32,000 nt of DNA from Solirubrobacterales bacterium (GTDB lineage Bacteria; Actinomycetota; Thermoleophilia; Solirubrobacterales; 70-9): positions 1 through 32,000 of the forward strand of contig DASQCL010000101.1 of assembly GCA_035634715.1 (NCBI GenBank). Direction: 5' to 3'. The position numbers and the translations under genes are program-made. Positions 16,004 through 23,754 of the stretch are shown one piece after another. Under the pieces are notes generated by a model, which worked only from the letters and a program-made list of their open reading frames with translations, made no database searches and was not told the DNA's origin. Positions within the stretch are counted from its first letter, which is position 1; the number at the start of each line of letters is the position of its first letter.

Positions 16004-16504
16004 TCAACCAGAGAGCGCCCGGTCGAACGCCCGCTGGGCGTCCTCGCCGAAGACGCAGAACACGATCCGCTCCAGGCAGCCGTCCCCCTCGAGATGCCTG
16101 CGGACCTCCTCGACCTCGATGTCAGCGGCCTCCTCGATCGAGAATCCGCCGACCCCGGTGCCGAAGGCGACCAGCCCGAGGGAGCGGGCGCCTAGCTCAT
16201 CGGCGACGCGCAGGGTGCTCGCGGTGGCGGATCGGATGGCCTCGGCGGACGTGGGGCCGCCGAGCCTCATCGTCGCGGCGTGGATCACCCAGCGGGCGGG
16301 CAGCTCGCCGGCGCCGGTCGCCACGGCTTCTCCGATCTCGATCGGGGCCACGCGGTCGCTCTCGTCCTGGATGCTCCGACCGCCGGCGCGGACGATCGCG
16401 CCGGCCACGCCGCCGCCGTGCCGCAGGTCGGTATTCGCCGCGTTCGAGATCGCGTCGACCTCGAGCTTGGTGATGTCGGCCTGACGCACCTCGATCTCCG
16501 CCAT
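16004..16504 (-). CDS. Stand-alone Macro domain protein (ADP-ribose binding / O-acetyl-ADP-ribose deacetylase type)
   Basis: ADITKLEVDAISNAANTDLRHGGGVAGAI...WVIHAAT...LVAFGTGVGGF are the canonical Macro motifs (NAAN...GGGV, GTG.GG). 166 aa. Confidence 0.9.
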   Translation of the reverse strand: MAEIEVRQADITKLEVDAISNAANTDLRHGGGVAGAIVRAGGRSIQDESDRVAPIEIGEAVATGAGELPARWVIHAATMRLGGPTSAEAIRSATASTLRVADELGARSLGLVAFGTGVGGFSIEEAADIEVEEVRRHLEGDGCLERIVFCVFGEDAQRAFDRALSG

Positions 16505-16511
16505 CGCCGGC

Positions 16512-16517
16512 AGCCTA
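16512..16517 (-). promoter_or_regulatory. Putative -10 hexamer TAGGCT (minus strand), 7 nt upstream of the Macro gene ATG; implies a leaderless mRNA
   Basis: The minus strand reads TAGGCT-gccggcg-ATG(16504). Confidence 0.35.
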
Positions 16518-16582
16518 GTCCGATCGGCGCGCGCCTACCCGAACCCCGGGGCGCGTCGCCAGCGGAGGGGGTTGACCCGGTT

Positions 16583-17716
16583 GTGGGGGTCGTCGAACGT
16601 CACGCCGAGTCGCTGGCCGCGGACCTTCGCCGCCGCCTGCTGGAGCGCCGTCGCGCTGAGGCCGCCGCCGGGCGCCCGAGTGGCGAGGAGCTCGAGGCGG
16701 CCGTGGCCGAGCTGGTCGACGACCACGCGGCGGCGCTCTCGGAGGTCCGGCGCGAGCAGGTCCGGGAGCTGATCCTGCGCGACACGGTCGGCCTCGGGCC
16801 GCTAGAGGAGTTGCTTGCCGATCCGGCGGTCGAGGAGGTGATGGTCAACGGGCCCGACGACGTCTACGTCGAGCGCAAGGGGCGGACCGAGCGCACCGAG
16901 GTGAGGTTCGACTCCGAACGCGCCCTCCGCGACGCGATCGAGCGCATCCTCGCGCCGCTCGGCCGGCGGGTCGACGAGCTCAGCCCAATGGCCGATGCCC
17001 GCCTCACCGACGGCTCGCGCGTGAACGTCATCATCCCGCCCCTCTCGGTGGACGGGCCCGCGCTGTCGATCCGCCGCTTCGAGGCCGCCCGTCCCGACCC
17101 CGACGAGCTCGTCGCCTCGGGCACCCTCACAGCGGAGCTTCGCGACCTTCTGGCAGCGGCGGTCGCGGAGCGGCGCAGCGTCCTGATCTCCGGCGGCACG
17201 GGATCGGGGAAGACGACCCTGCTCAATGCCCTTTCCGCCTACATCGACCCGGCGGAGCGTGTGGTCACGATCGAGGACGCGGCCGAGCTCCGCCTGCGCC
17301 AGCCGCACGTGGTCCGGCTCGAGAGCCGGCCGGCGAGCGTCGAGGGCAGGGGAGAGGTCACCATCCGCGACCTCCTGCGGAACGCGCTCCGGATGCGTCC
17401 CGATCGGATCGTGATCGGGGAGGTGCGCGGTGCCGAGGCTCTAGATCTTCTCACCGCGCTCAACACCGGACACGACGGCGCGCTTTCGACCGTGCACGCC
17501 AACTCGCCCGAGGATGCCCTTCGCCGGATCGAGACCCTGTCGCTCATGGCCGGGATCGGCCTGCCGCACGAGGCGATTCGCGAGCAGGTCCGGCGCGGGA
17601 TCCGGCTCGTCGTCCACCTCGCGCGCGGTGCCGACGGGGCTCGCAGGGTGGTGACGGTCGGCGAGGTCGTCTCGGCGGCCGGCGGGGTCGGCGTTCGGGA
17701 AGCCTGGACCCGGTGA
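16583..17716 (+). CDS. cpaF: Tad/Flp pilus assembly ATPase CpaF/TadA (type II/IV secretion NTPase)
   Basis: GLGPLEELLADPAVEEVMVNGPDDVYVERKG, Walker A ISGGTGSGKTTLLNAL, Asp boxes VVTIEDAAEL, Walker B RMRPDRIVIGEVRGAEA, His box NTGHDGALSTVHAN. The GTG at 16583 is preceded by GGAGGGGG (16564-16571). The earlier part of the ORF overlaps the Macro gene antisense. Confidence 0.9.
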   Translation: MGVVERHAESLAADLRRRLLERRRAEAAAGRPSGEELEAAVAELVDDHAAALSEVRREQVRELILRDTVGLGPLEELLADPAVEEVMVNGPDDVYVERKGRTERTEVRFDSERALRDAIERILAPLGRRVDELSPMADARLTDGSRVNVIIPPLSVDGPALSIRRFEAARPDPDELVASGTLTAELRDLLAAAVAERRSVLISGGTGSGKTTLLNALSAYIDPAERVVTIEDAAELRLRQPHVVRLESRPASVEGRGEVTIRDLLRNALRMRPDRIVIGEVRGAEALDLLTALNTGHDGALSTVHANSPEDALRRIETLSLMAGIGLPHEAIREQVRRGIRLVVHLARGADGARRVVTVGEVVSAAGGVGVREAWTR

Positions 17717-18573
17717 GCGGCGGGATCCTAGGGACCCCGGTTCTCCTTGCGGCCGCGGCGGGCGGGATGGCGGCGGTCGCCGTTCGTGAGGCCATCATCG
17801 CCAGCCCGGCCCTCGGCCGTTGGATCGCGGCGACGGTGGAGCCCCTGCGCCGAGCGGGCCAAGAGGGTTACGCGCCCACCGACGCCGAGCGGCGGCGGCT
17901 CGCCGTGCTCGGGACCGTCGCGCTCCTCCTCGCGGGGTTCATGGTGATCGGCCCGGGACCGGCGCCGTTCCTGGCGCTCGCCGGCCCCGGCGCCGCGGCC
18001 TGGACGCTGTCCCGCCGCCGGGCGCGCTACCGGCTCGCGGTTGAGCGCGGGATGCCGCAGATCGCAACCGCGGTCGCCGACGCGCTCGCGGGCGGGCGCT
18101 CCGTGCGCGCTGCGCTCACCTCCGCCGCGGCGTCGGTCGAGGGCCCCGCGGCGGCGGAGCTGGCCCGCGTGCGGGCGGACCTCGACCTCGGCACGTCGAC
18201 GGCGGATGCCCTGGGTGCGCTCCAGGCGCGGCTCCGCGCGACCCGGGTCGATTCGTTCGCCGCCGCGCTCCTCTCCCAGCAGCTCGGCGGCGGAGACCTC
18301 GCCGGGCTCCTCCGGCGGTTCGCGGCGTCCGCGGCCGAGCGCGACCGGGTCTCGGCTGACGCCCGCTCGGCCACCGCGCAGGCCCGGTTCACCGGTCTCC
18401 TTGTCGTTGCCATGCCGACCGGCGCGGCGCTCTTCGCCGAGCTGATCCAGCCGGGGTTCGTCGGCGCGCTGCTCGCCAACGGCGCGTCGCTCGCCCTGCT
18501 GGCCGTCGCTGCCGCGTTCCAGGCGGGCGGCTTCGCCGCGATCCGGCGCCTCAGCAGGATCGAGGACGGCTAG
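17713..18573 (+). CDS. tadB: TadB-like inner-membrane platform protein (T2SS F-domain family)
   Basis: The GTG at 17713 overlaps the cpaF stop (GTGA). N-terminal TM, a central soluble helical domain (MPQIATAVADALAGGRSVRAAL...LDLGTSTADAL) and C-terminal TM helices, as in TadB/GspF-like proteins. Confidence 0.8.
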   Translation: MSGGILGTPVLLAAAAGGMAAVAVREAIIASPALGRWIAATVEPLRRAGQEGYAPTDAERRRLAVLGTVALLLAGFMVIGPGPAPFLALAGPGAAAWTLSRRRARYRLAVERGMPQIATAVADALAGGRSVRAALTSAAASVEGPAAAELARVRADLDLGTSTADALGALQARLRATRVDSFAAALLSQQLGGGDLAGLLRRFAASAAERDRVSADARSATAQARFTGLLVVAMPTGAALFAELIQPGFVGALLANGASLALLAVAAAFQAGGFAAIRRLSRIEDG

Positions 18574-18575
18574 GC

Positions 18576-19427
18576 GTGCCCGGCGGCGGCGCCACACTGA
18601 TCGCGGTCGCGGTGCTCCTCGCTGCGGCAGGCGTGTGGGAGCTCGCGGGGAGCAGGGGGGAGGAGGTCGGCAGAGCGTTGCGGTCGACCGCGGAGTCGCT
18701 GAGCGGCGGGCGCCTGCGGACGCTCGCGGAGGCGGCGCTGTGGCTTCGGATCCCGGAGCGGCTGGAGCGCGCAGGGCTGGCGGAACGGGTCACGATCGGC
18801 GCGGTGCTCGCGGGCAAGCTCGGCGGGGCGGCCCTCGGCGCGATGCTCGGGTTGCTCGCCGCGCCGGCGGCGCCCGGACGGCTGGGAATCGTCGTGATGG
18901 TGGCGCTCCCCGCGGCCGGCTTTGTAGCACCCGAAGCGCTCCTCGAGCGCGCTGCGCGCCGGCGGGCGGCCCGGCTGCGGGCCGCGCTGCCGGACGCGTT
19001 GGACCTCCTTGCGGTGGGAACCGCCGCCGGCCGCAGCCCTCAGCGTGTCCTGGGGGAGATCTCGAGCGCCGCCACACCGGGCGAGCCGCTCGCCGCGGAA
19101 CTGGCGGTCGCCGTCACAGAGATCGAGTGCGGAACGCCAGAGCGCGAGGCGATCGCGCGCCTTCGCGACCGCGTGCCTGGCGCCGGCCTCGGGGCGCTGG
19201 CATCCGCCCTGGAGCGGTCGCGTCGCTTCGGGTCGCCCCTCGCCGAGCAGCTGCACGAGCAGGCATCGTCGCTGCGCCGCGACGCGCGGCGGAGGATCGA
19301 GGAGCAAGCCGCGCGCGCCGCTCCGAAGATCCAGCTGGTGGTCGCCCTGGTCCTCGTCCCGTCGGTCCTGCTGATGATCGTCGCGGGGCTGGTGGCGAAC
19401 TCGGACGCGCTGTTCGGAGCGCTCTGA
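18576..19427 (+). CDS. tadC: TadC-like inner-membrane platform protein (T2SS F-domain family)
   Basis: GTG start 2 nt after the tadB stop. LPDALDLLAVGTAAGRSPQRVL...IECGTPEREAIARLRDRV...RFGSPLAEQL is typical of the T2SSF domain, flanked by TM helices. Confidence 0.8.
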   Translation: MPGGGATLIAVAVLLAAAGVWELAGSRGEEVGRALRSTAESLSGGRLRTLAEAALWLRIPERLERAGLAERVTIGAVLAGKLGGAALGAMLGLLAAPAAPGRLGIVVMVALPAAGFVAPEALLERAARRRAARLRAALPDALDLLAVGTAAGRSPQRVLGEISSAATPGEPLAAELAVAVTEIECGTPEREAIARLRDRVPGAGLGALASALERSRRFGSPLAEQLHEQASSLRRDARRRIEEQAARAAPKIQLVVALVLVPSVLLMIVAGLVANSDALFGAL

Positions 19428-19438
19428 GCCACCGTCTC

Positions 19439-19456
19439 CTGCAACCCCGGTTGCAG
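19439..19456 (+). terminator. Perfect hairpin 12 nt after the tadC stop (candidate terminator, poor U-tract)
   Basis: CTGCAACC-cc-GGTTGCAG (8 complementary nt on each side; realistically a 7-bp stem with a 4-nt loop), followed by attcatacc. Confidence 0.35.
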
Positions 19457-19521
19457 ATTCATACCCGCATGCCCTCGCTGCCCATCCCTGACCGGGGCCG
19501 CGAACACCGCTCCAACAAGCC

Positions 19522-19561
19522 ATTCCCGTCGATTCCTGCCGGCCGGTAGCAATTCCGTCCG
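19522..19561 (+). repeat. Three helically phased 10-bp direct repeats, ATTCCnGyCG
   Basis: attcccgtcg (19522-19531), attcctgccg (19532-19541) and attccgtccg (19552-19561). The starts are spaced 10 and 20 bp apart, about 35-70 bp upstream of the putative mraZ -35. Confidence 0.3.
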
Positions 19562-19590
19562 ACGGATCGTGTCCCATTTGCGCCCAGATT

Positions 19591-19630
19591 GTGTTGCAAA
19601 GTGGGGCTCAGTGGGGTAGCGTGGCGATTC
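19591..19630 (+). promoter_or_regulatory. MraZ operator: phased GTGGGG-type direct repeats with a 10-bp period
   Basis: Decamers start at 19591 (gtgttgcaaa), 19601 (gtggggctca), 19611 (gtggggtagc) and 19621 (gtggcgattc). A further in-phase gtggcg lies at 19651. MraZ proteins are known to bind series of (G)TGGG-type direct repeats spaced one helical turn apart upstream of mraZ. Confidence 0.65.
19594..19622 (+). promoter_or_regulatory. Putative dcw/mraZ promoter: -35 TTGCAA, 17-nt spacer, -10 TAGCGT
   Basis: TTGCAA (19594-19599) and TAGCGT (19617-19622, TAnnnT). It is embedded in the MraZ boxes and lies about 90 nt upstream of the mraZ start. Confidence 0.4.
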
Positions 19631-19709
19631 GATCTGACCCAAGGACCGGGGTGGCGAGGCTCCTCCCACCTAGCCACTCCGGTCCAAATCTTTCTCAGGG
19701 GATCCCCAA

Positions 19710-20156
19710 TTGGCGTTTCGCGGCCACTACGAGCACAGTCTCGACTCCAAGGAGCGGATCACGGTCCCGGCCCGCTTCCGTGCCGAGCTCGCGAACGGAG
19801 CCGTTCTCTCTGCCGGCCTCGATCCCTGCATCGAGGTCTACCCGACGGCCGAGTACACGAAGTTCGAGGAGCAGGTCCTCGGCGAGCTCAACCCACTCAG
19901 CCGCAAGGGCCGGATGATGCGGCGCCGCTTCCACGGCCGGTCGCATGACGAGACGCTCGATTCCGCGGGACGGGTCCGGATCCCGAAGCACCTGATCGAG
20001 CACGCACAGCTCGAGGAGGGTCCCTGCGTGGTGATCGGCGTCGCCGATCACCTGGAGATCTGGAACACCAAGGCCTGGAACGAGCACGACGCCGAGATCG
20101 ACGAGACCGCGACCGAGATCGCCGAGGAGCTGGCCGGCGGGCCGGGGGCCGGCTGA
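19710..20156 (+). CDS. mraZ: Transcriptional regulator MraZ
   Basis: (TTG)AFRGHYEHSLDSKERITVPARFR and DSAGRVRIPKHL are the two SpoVT/AbrB-like MraZ repeats. The TTG start is preceded by AGGGGA 8 nt upstream. First gene of the dcw cluster. Confidence 0.9.
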   Translation: MAFRGHYEHSLDSKERITVPARFRAELANGAVLSAGLDPCIEVYPTAEYTKFEEQVLGELNPLSRKGRMMRRRFHGRSHDETLDSAGRVRIPKHLIEHAQLEEGPCVVIGVADHLEIWNTKAWNEHDAEIDETATEIAEELAGGPGAG

Positions 20157-20172
20157 GGAGCTTGCGCGCCCC

Positions 20173-21153
20173 GTGGTCACACTGACACTCATGCCCATCG
20201 AGCACGTCCCAGTCCTGGCCACCGAGCTGCTCGACGTTCTCGACCCACATCCCGGCGAGACCGCAATCGACTGCACCTTCGGCGGCGGAGGCCACGCCCA
20301 GGAGATCGCCGAGCGCCTCGGATCCGGCGGAACCCTGATCGCCATCGACCGCGACCCGGTGGCCGAGCGGCGCTTCGCCGAGCTCGAGGACGAGCTCGAG
20401 CCGCAGACCCGGTTCGTGCGAGCCGACTTCGCCGATGCCCTCGTCGCCCTCGGCGAGGAAGGCGTGCGCGCCGACGTCATCTACCTGGATCTCGGCGTGT
20501 CCTCACTGCAGCTGGACGCCGCCGAGCGCGGGTTCTCCTACTCCTACGACGCACCGCTCGACATGCGCATGGACCCGGAGGACCGGCTCTCCGCCGCCGA
20601 CCTGGTGAACGAATGGCCCCAGGAGCGGATTGCCACGGTCCTCCGCGAATACGGGGAGGAGCGCCACGCGCGCTCGATCGCCCGCGAGATCGTGCGACGC
20701 CGCCCGCTGCACACGACGGCGGAGCTGGTGGAGGCCATCCGCGCGTCCGTCCCGCCCGCCTACCGGTTCGGCCGCGGCCATCCCGCCAAGCGCAGCTTCC
20801 AGGCCCTCCGCATTGCCGTCAACGGCGAGCTCGATTCGCTCGACCGGGTGCTCCCGGCGGCGTGGGACCTCCTGCGCGACCGCGGCCGCCTGGCGGTGAT
20901 CTCGTTCCACTCACTGGAGGACCGCCGCGTCAAGCGCTTTCTTGCCGACCGCATACGCGGCTGCGTGTGTCCTCCCGAGCTCCCCGTGTGTGTCTGTGGG
21001 CACGAGCCGGAGGCCGAGCCGCTCACTCGGAGGGCACTCGCCGCGACCCCCGAGGAGATCGAGCGCAACCCCCGCTCGCACTCGGCGCGTCTGCGCGGCG
21101 CCCGCAAGCTGCCGAGGGGTACGGACACCGACGACGAAAGGAACCTCGCCTGA
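20173..21153 (+). CDS. rsmH: 16S rRNA (cytosine1402-N4)-methyltransferase RsmH/MraW
   Basis: HVPVL...DCTFGGGGHA...AIDRDP...DLGVSSLQLD...RGFSY...DMRMD...ISFHSLEDRRVK. GTG at 20173 (GAGGAG 12 nt upstream) or ATG at 20191. Confidence 0.9.
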   Translation: MVTLTLMPIEHVPVLATELLDVLDPHPGETAIDCTFGGGGHAQEIAERLGSGGTLIAIDRDPVAERRFAELEDELEPQTRFVRADFADALVALGEEGVRADVIYLDLGVSSLQLDAAERGFSYSYDAPLDMRMDPEDRLSAADLVNEWPQERIATVLREYGEERHARSIAREIVRRRPLHTTAELVEAIRASVPPAYRFGRGHPAKRSFQALRIAVNGELDSLDRVLPAAWDLLRDRGRLAVISFHSLEDRRVKRFLADRIRGCVCPPELPVCVCGHEPEAEPLTRRALAATPEEIERNPRSHSARLRGARKLPRGTDTDDERNLA

Positions 21154-21902
21154 TGACTCCGGCCGCCACGCAAGCCGCCCGCAGCGCCGCCGCACCGGCC
21201 CGAGCTCCCGCAAGGCGAGCCCCGGTCCGCCGTCCATCATCCCCGAGAACCCAGACGGCGCGCCAGCGGCGTCCACGCACCTCTCGTCCCTACGCGGGGA
21301 CGCCCATGCCGGCGCGGCTCGTCCCGCTCGCGGTCGGCACGACGGCCGGCGCCGTCTCAGGGCTCGCCGAGTCGGGCCTGGTCCACCGCCTCACCCGCGG
21401 CCGGATGTGGATCGGCCTCCTCACGCCCCTCCTGGTGGGCATCGTCGCCCTCAACGTCTTCACGCTCAGCGTCAACGCCACCTCGAGCCGGACGACCCGC
21501 CAAACGGACGTCCTCCAGCGGCAGAACTCCGCCCTTCAGGGGCAGATCGCCGCCGCCGGAGCCTCGAGCGACCGGGTGCAGACCCTCGCTGGCAAGCTCG
21601 GAATGATCGTGCCTGAACTCGGCTCGATCGGCTACGTCGAGGCCGGCCCGAAGGACGCCGCGCTCGCCGCCCAGCGGCTCGAGTCCGGCGCGATCACCGC
21701 CGGCGCGACGACTACGACGTCCACTGCCACGACGACCGTCCCGACCACCACACCTACGACTCCCACCGCGACCACGCCGGTCGCGACGCCGACCACCCCC
21801 GCCACTACGCCGACCACCACGCCGCCGACGGCGACCGTCACGCCCACCACAACCACCGATCCGGCGTCCGGAACCGCCACCGGCGCCGTGTCGACCCCAT
21901 AG
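21153..21902 (+). CDS. ftsL: FtsL-like bitopic cell-division protein with a Thr/Pro-rich C-terminal tail
   Basis: Position between rsmH and ftsI. The ATG overlaps the rsmH stop (TGATG), with AAAGGA upstream. An Arg/Pro-rich cytoplasmic N-terminus, a single TM (MWIGLLTPLLVGIVALNVFTLSV), then a coiled-coil-like stretch (RQTDVLQRQNSALQGQIAAAG). The assignment is positional and architectural, not motif-based. Confidence 0.6.
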   Translation: MTPAATQAARSAAAPARAPARRAPVRRPSSPRTQTARQRRPRTSRPYAGTPMPARLVPLAVGTTAGAVSGLAESGLVHRLTRGRMWIGLLTPLLVGIVALNVFTLSVNATSSRTTRQTDVLQRQNSALQGQIAAAGASSDRVQTLAGKLGMIVPELGSIGYVEAGPKDAALAAQRLESGAITAGATTTTSTATTTVPTTTPTTPTATTPVATPTTPATTPTTTPPTATVTPTTTTDPASGTATGAVSTP

Positions 21903-21913
21903 CGGGTCGGTAG

Positions 21914-23581
21914 ATGATCGAGCGGCGGATCGGGCTCCTCTTCGCGAGCTTCCTGCTGCTGCTGGTGCTGGGGATCGGCCGCGCCGCCTGGGTGCAGGGA
22001 GTCCAGGGCGGCGGGCTCACCGCCGACGCTCAGAGCCAGCAGATGCAGACCGTCCCGGTGCCTGGGCTCCGCGGATCGATCCTCGACCGCAAGGGCCGTG
22101 AGCTAGCGGTCTCCGAGGACGCGGTCGACGTGATCGCCACTCCCTACCAGGTGAAGGACCCGCCGCAGATGGCCCGGAAGCTCGCGCCGATCCTCCACAT
22201 CTCCAAGCACGACATCCTCAAGAACCTCGACAGCGGCTCGTCGGGCTTCGCCTACCTGGCACGCGACGCCGACCTGACGGCGGCGGGCAGGATCCGCAAG
22301 CTTGGGCTCACCGGCGTGACCACGGTGCCGGCGAGCCGGCGCGTGTACCCGGAGGGCAAGCTCGCCGGCCAGGTCATCGGGACCGTGGGGGTGGACGGCC
22401 AGGGGCTCACGGGGCTCGAGGCGGCCGACAACACCATTGTCGGCGCCACCAACGGCGAGCAGCGGGTGGTGCTCGACGGGCTCGGGAAGGCCATCGAGCG
22501 CAACACGATTTCCACCGCGACCGACGGCCAGAACATCAAGCTGACGCTGGACGCCGCCATCCAGGCGCGCACCGAGGACGTGCTCGCGAACGTCGCGCAG
22601 ACCTACCAGCCGTTGGGCGCGACCGCGATCGTGATGAACCCGCGCAACGCGCAGATCCTCGCGATGGCCAACTGGCCGACGGTCGACCCGAGCAACCCCG
22701 CCGGAGCAAGTCCACAGGCCCTGCAGAACATGGCCACGGGCTTCACGTACGAGCCCGGCTCGACCTTCAAGGCCTTCACCGTCGCCGGGGCGCTCATGGA
22801 GCATCTGGTCACGCCGAGCACCGTGTTCGACCTGCCGGTCGAGCTCCAGGTGGCGGACCGGACCATCTCGGACGCCGAGCCCCGCGGGCCCGAGAGCCTC
22901 ACGGTCGCCCAGATCCTGGCGCAGTCCTCGAACGTCGGCGCGGTGAAGATCGGCCTCGAGGTGGGCGCCCAGCACTTCTACGACTGGGTCAGGAAGTTCG
23001 GCTTCGGCCAGCCGACCGGAGTCGCCTTCCCGGGCGAGGAGCAGGGCATCGTGCCGACGCCGTCCGAGTTCTCGGGGTCGACGATGGGCAACCTGCCGAT
23101 CGGCCAGGGCCTGTCGGTGACTCCGATGCAGATGGCGGCCGCCTACTCGGCGATCGCGGACGGAGGCATCCTGCGCGCACCGCAGCTGGTCCTCGACGAG
23201 GACGGTCATCGCGTCGCGGAACCGAAGGGCCACCGCATCATCAGCTCCAAGTCCGCGGCGCAGATCAGGACCATGCTCGAGGGCGTGCTCGCGCCCGGCG
23301 GCACCGCCTCCGAGGTCAGCGTGCCCGGCTACACGCTCGCCGGCAAGACGGGAACCGCCCAGGTGGCCGAGAACGGCACCTACTCGGAGACGAAGTTCGT
23401 CGCCTCCTTCGTGGGCTTTGCCCCGGCACAGGATCCTAAGCTGCTCGTCGCCATCGTGGTGAACCAGCCAACCCAGGGCAGCTACTACGGCGGCACCGTA
23501 GCGGCCCCGGCGTTCGGCGAGATCGCGAAGTTCGCCCTGCCCTACCTGGGGATTCCGCCGGACCAGGGAACCAGCCCTTAG
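21914..23581 (+). CDS. ftsI: Class B penicillin-binding protein / peptidoglycan D,D-transpeptidase FtsI
   Basis: N-terminal TM (IGLLFASFLLLLVLGIG), a PBP dimerisation region, and the active-site motifs STFK (EPGSTFKAF), SSN (AQSSNVGA) and KTG (AGKTGTAQ). Confidence 0.9.
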   Translation: MIERRIGLLFASFLLLLVLGIGRAAWVQGVQGGGLTADAQSQQMQTVPVPGLRGSILDRKGRELAVSEDAVDVIATPYQVKDPPQMARKLAPILHISKHDILKNLDSGSSGFAYLARDADLTAAGRIRKLGLTGVTTVPASRRVYPEGKLAGQVIGTVGVDGQGLTGLEAADNTIVGATNGEQRVVLDGLGKAIERNTISTATDGQNIKLTLDAAIQARTEDVLANVAQTYQPLGATAIVMNPRNAQILAMANWPTVDPSNPAGASPQALQNMATGFTYEPGSTFKAFTVAGALMEHLVTPSTVFDLPVELQVADRTISDAEPRGPESLTVAQILAQSSNVGAVKIGLEVGAQHFYDWVRKFGFGQPTGVAFPGEEQGIVPTPSEFSGSTMGNLPIGQGLSVTPMQMAAAYSAIADGGILRAPQLVLDEDGHRVAEPKGHRIISSKSAAQIRTMLEGVLAPGGTASEVSVPGYTLAGKTGTAQVAENGTYSETKFVASFVGFAPAQDPKLLVAIVVNQPTQGSYYGGTVAAPAFGEIAKFALPYLGIPPDQGTSP

Positions 23582-23648
23582 TGCTCCCCGCCGAAGATAC
23601 GATCGCGTTTGGCGGCACGCATCGCCCCCTCGCTACGTCATCGTCCTT

Positions 23649-23669
23649 GGCTTTGCCGCCAGCAAAGCC
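23649..23669 (+). terminator. Hairpin in the ftsI-murE spacer (candidate terminator/attenuator)
   Basis: GGCTTTGC-cgcca-GCAAAGCC (8-bp stem, 5-nt loop) followed by the pyrimidine-rich tgctccctcttcctt. Confidence 0.35.
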
Positions 23670-23748
23670 TGCTCCCTCTTCCTTGCCAGCCGCCGATCCG
23701 TGCTCGCCAAGCCGCGACCGTACCCCCGGCGGGAAGCACTGACGACCA

Positions 23749-23754
23749 TACAAT
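23749..23754 (+). promoter_or_regulatory. Putative -10 hexamer TACAAT, 7 nt upstream of the murE ATG; internal dcw promoter giving a leaderless murE mRNA
   Basis: TACAAT-cgcggtg-ATG(23762). This near-consensus -10 sits in an unusually AT-richer 180-nt spacer. Confidence 0.4.

Noticed and set aside
16004-16504. Macro-domain gene as the antitoxin of a DarT/DarG-type toxin-antitoxin pair
   Set aside because: No adjacent DarT-like ORF exists. The protein is a short stand-alone Macro domain without the DarG C-terminal domain, and its neighbours are Tad genes.
21706-21899. Repetitive ACG/ACC/CCG-rich DNA that might be a tandem repeat or CRISPR-like array
   Set aside because: There is no repeat-spacer periodicity. 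It is in-frame low-complexity coding sequence (a Thr/Pro tract) of the FtsL-like gene.
22103-23233. 376-aa minus-strand ORF opposite ftsI (and 30385-31797 opposite ftsW; 18570-19577 opposite tadC; 19695-20480 opposite mraZ/rsmH)
   Set aside because: These are shadow ORFs. The plus-strand genes carry the STFK/SSN/KTG, SEDS, T2SSF and MraZ/RsmH motifs respectively.
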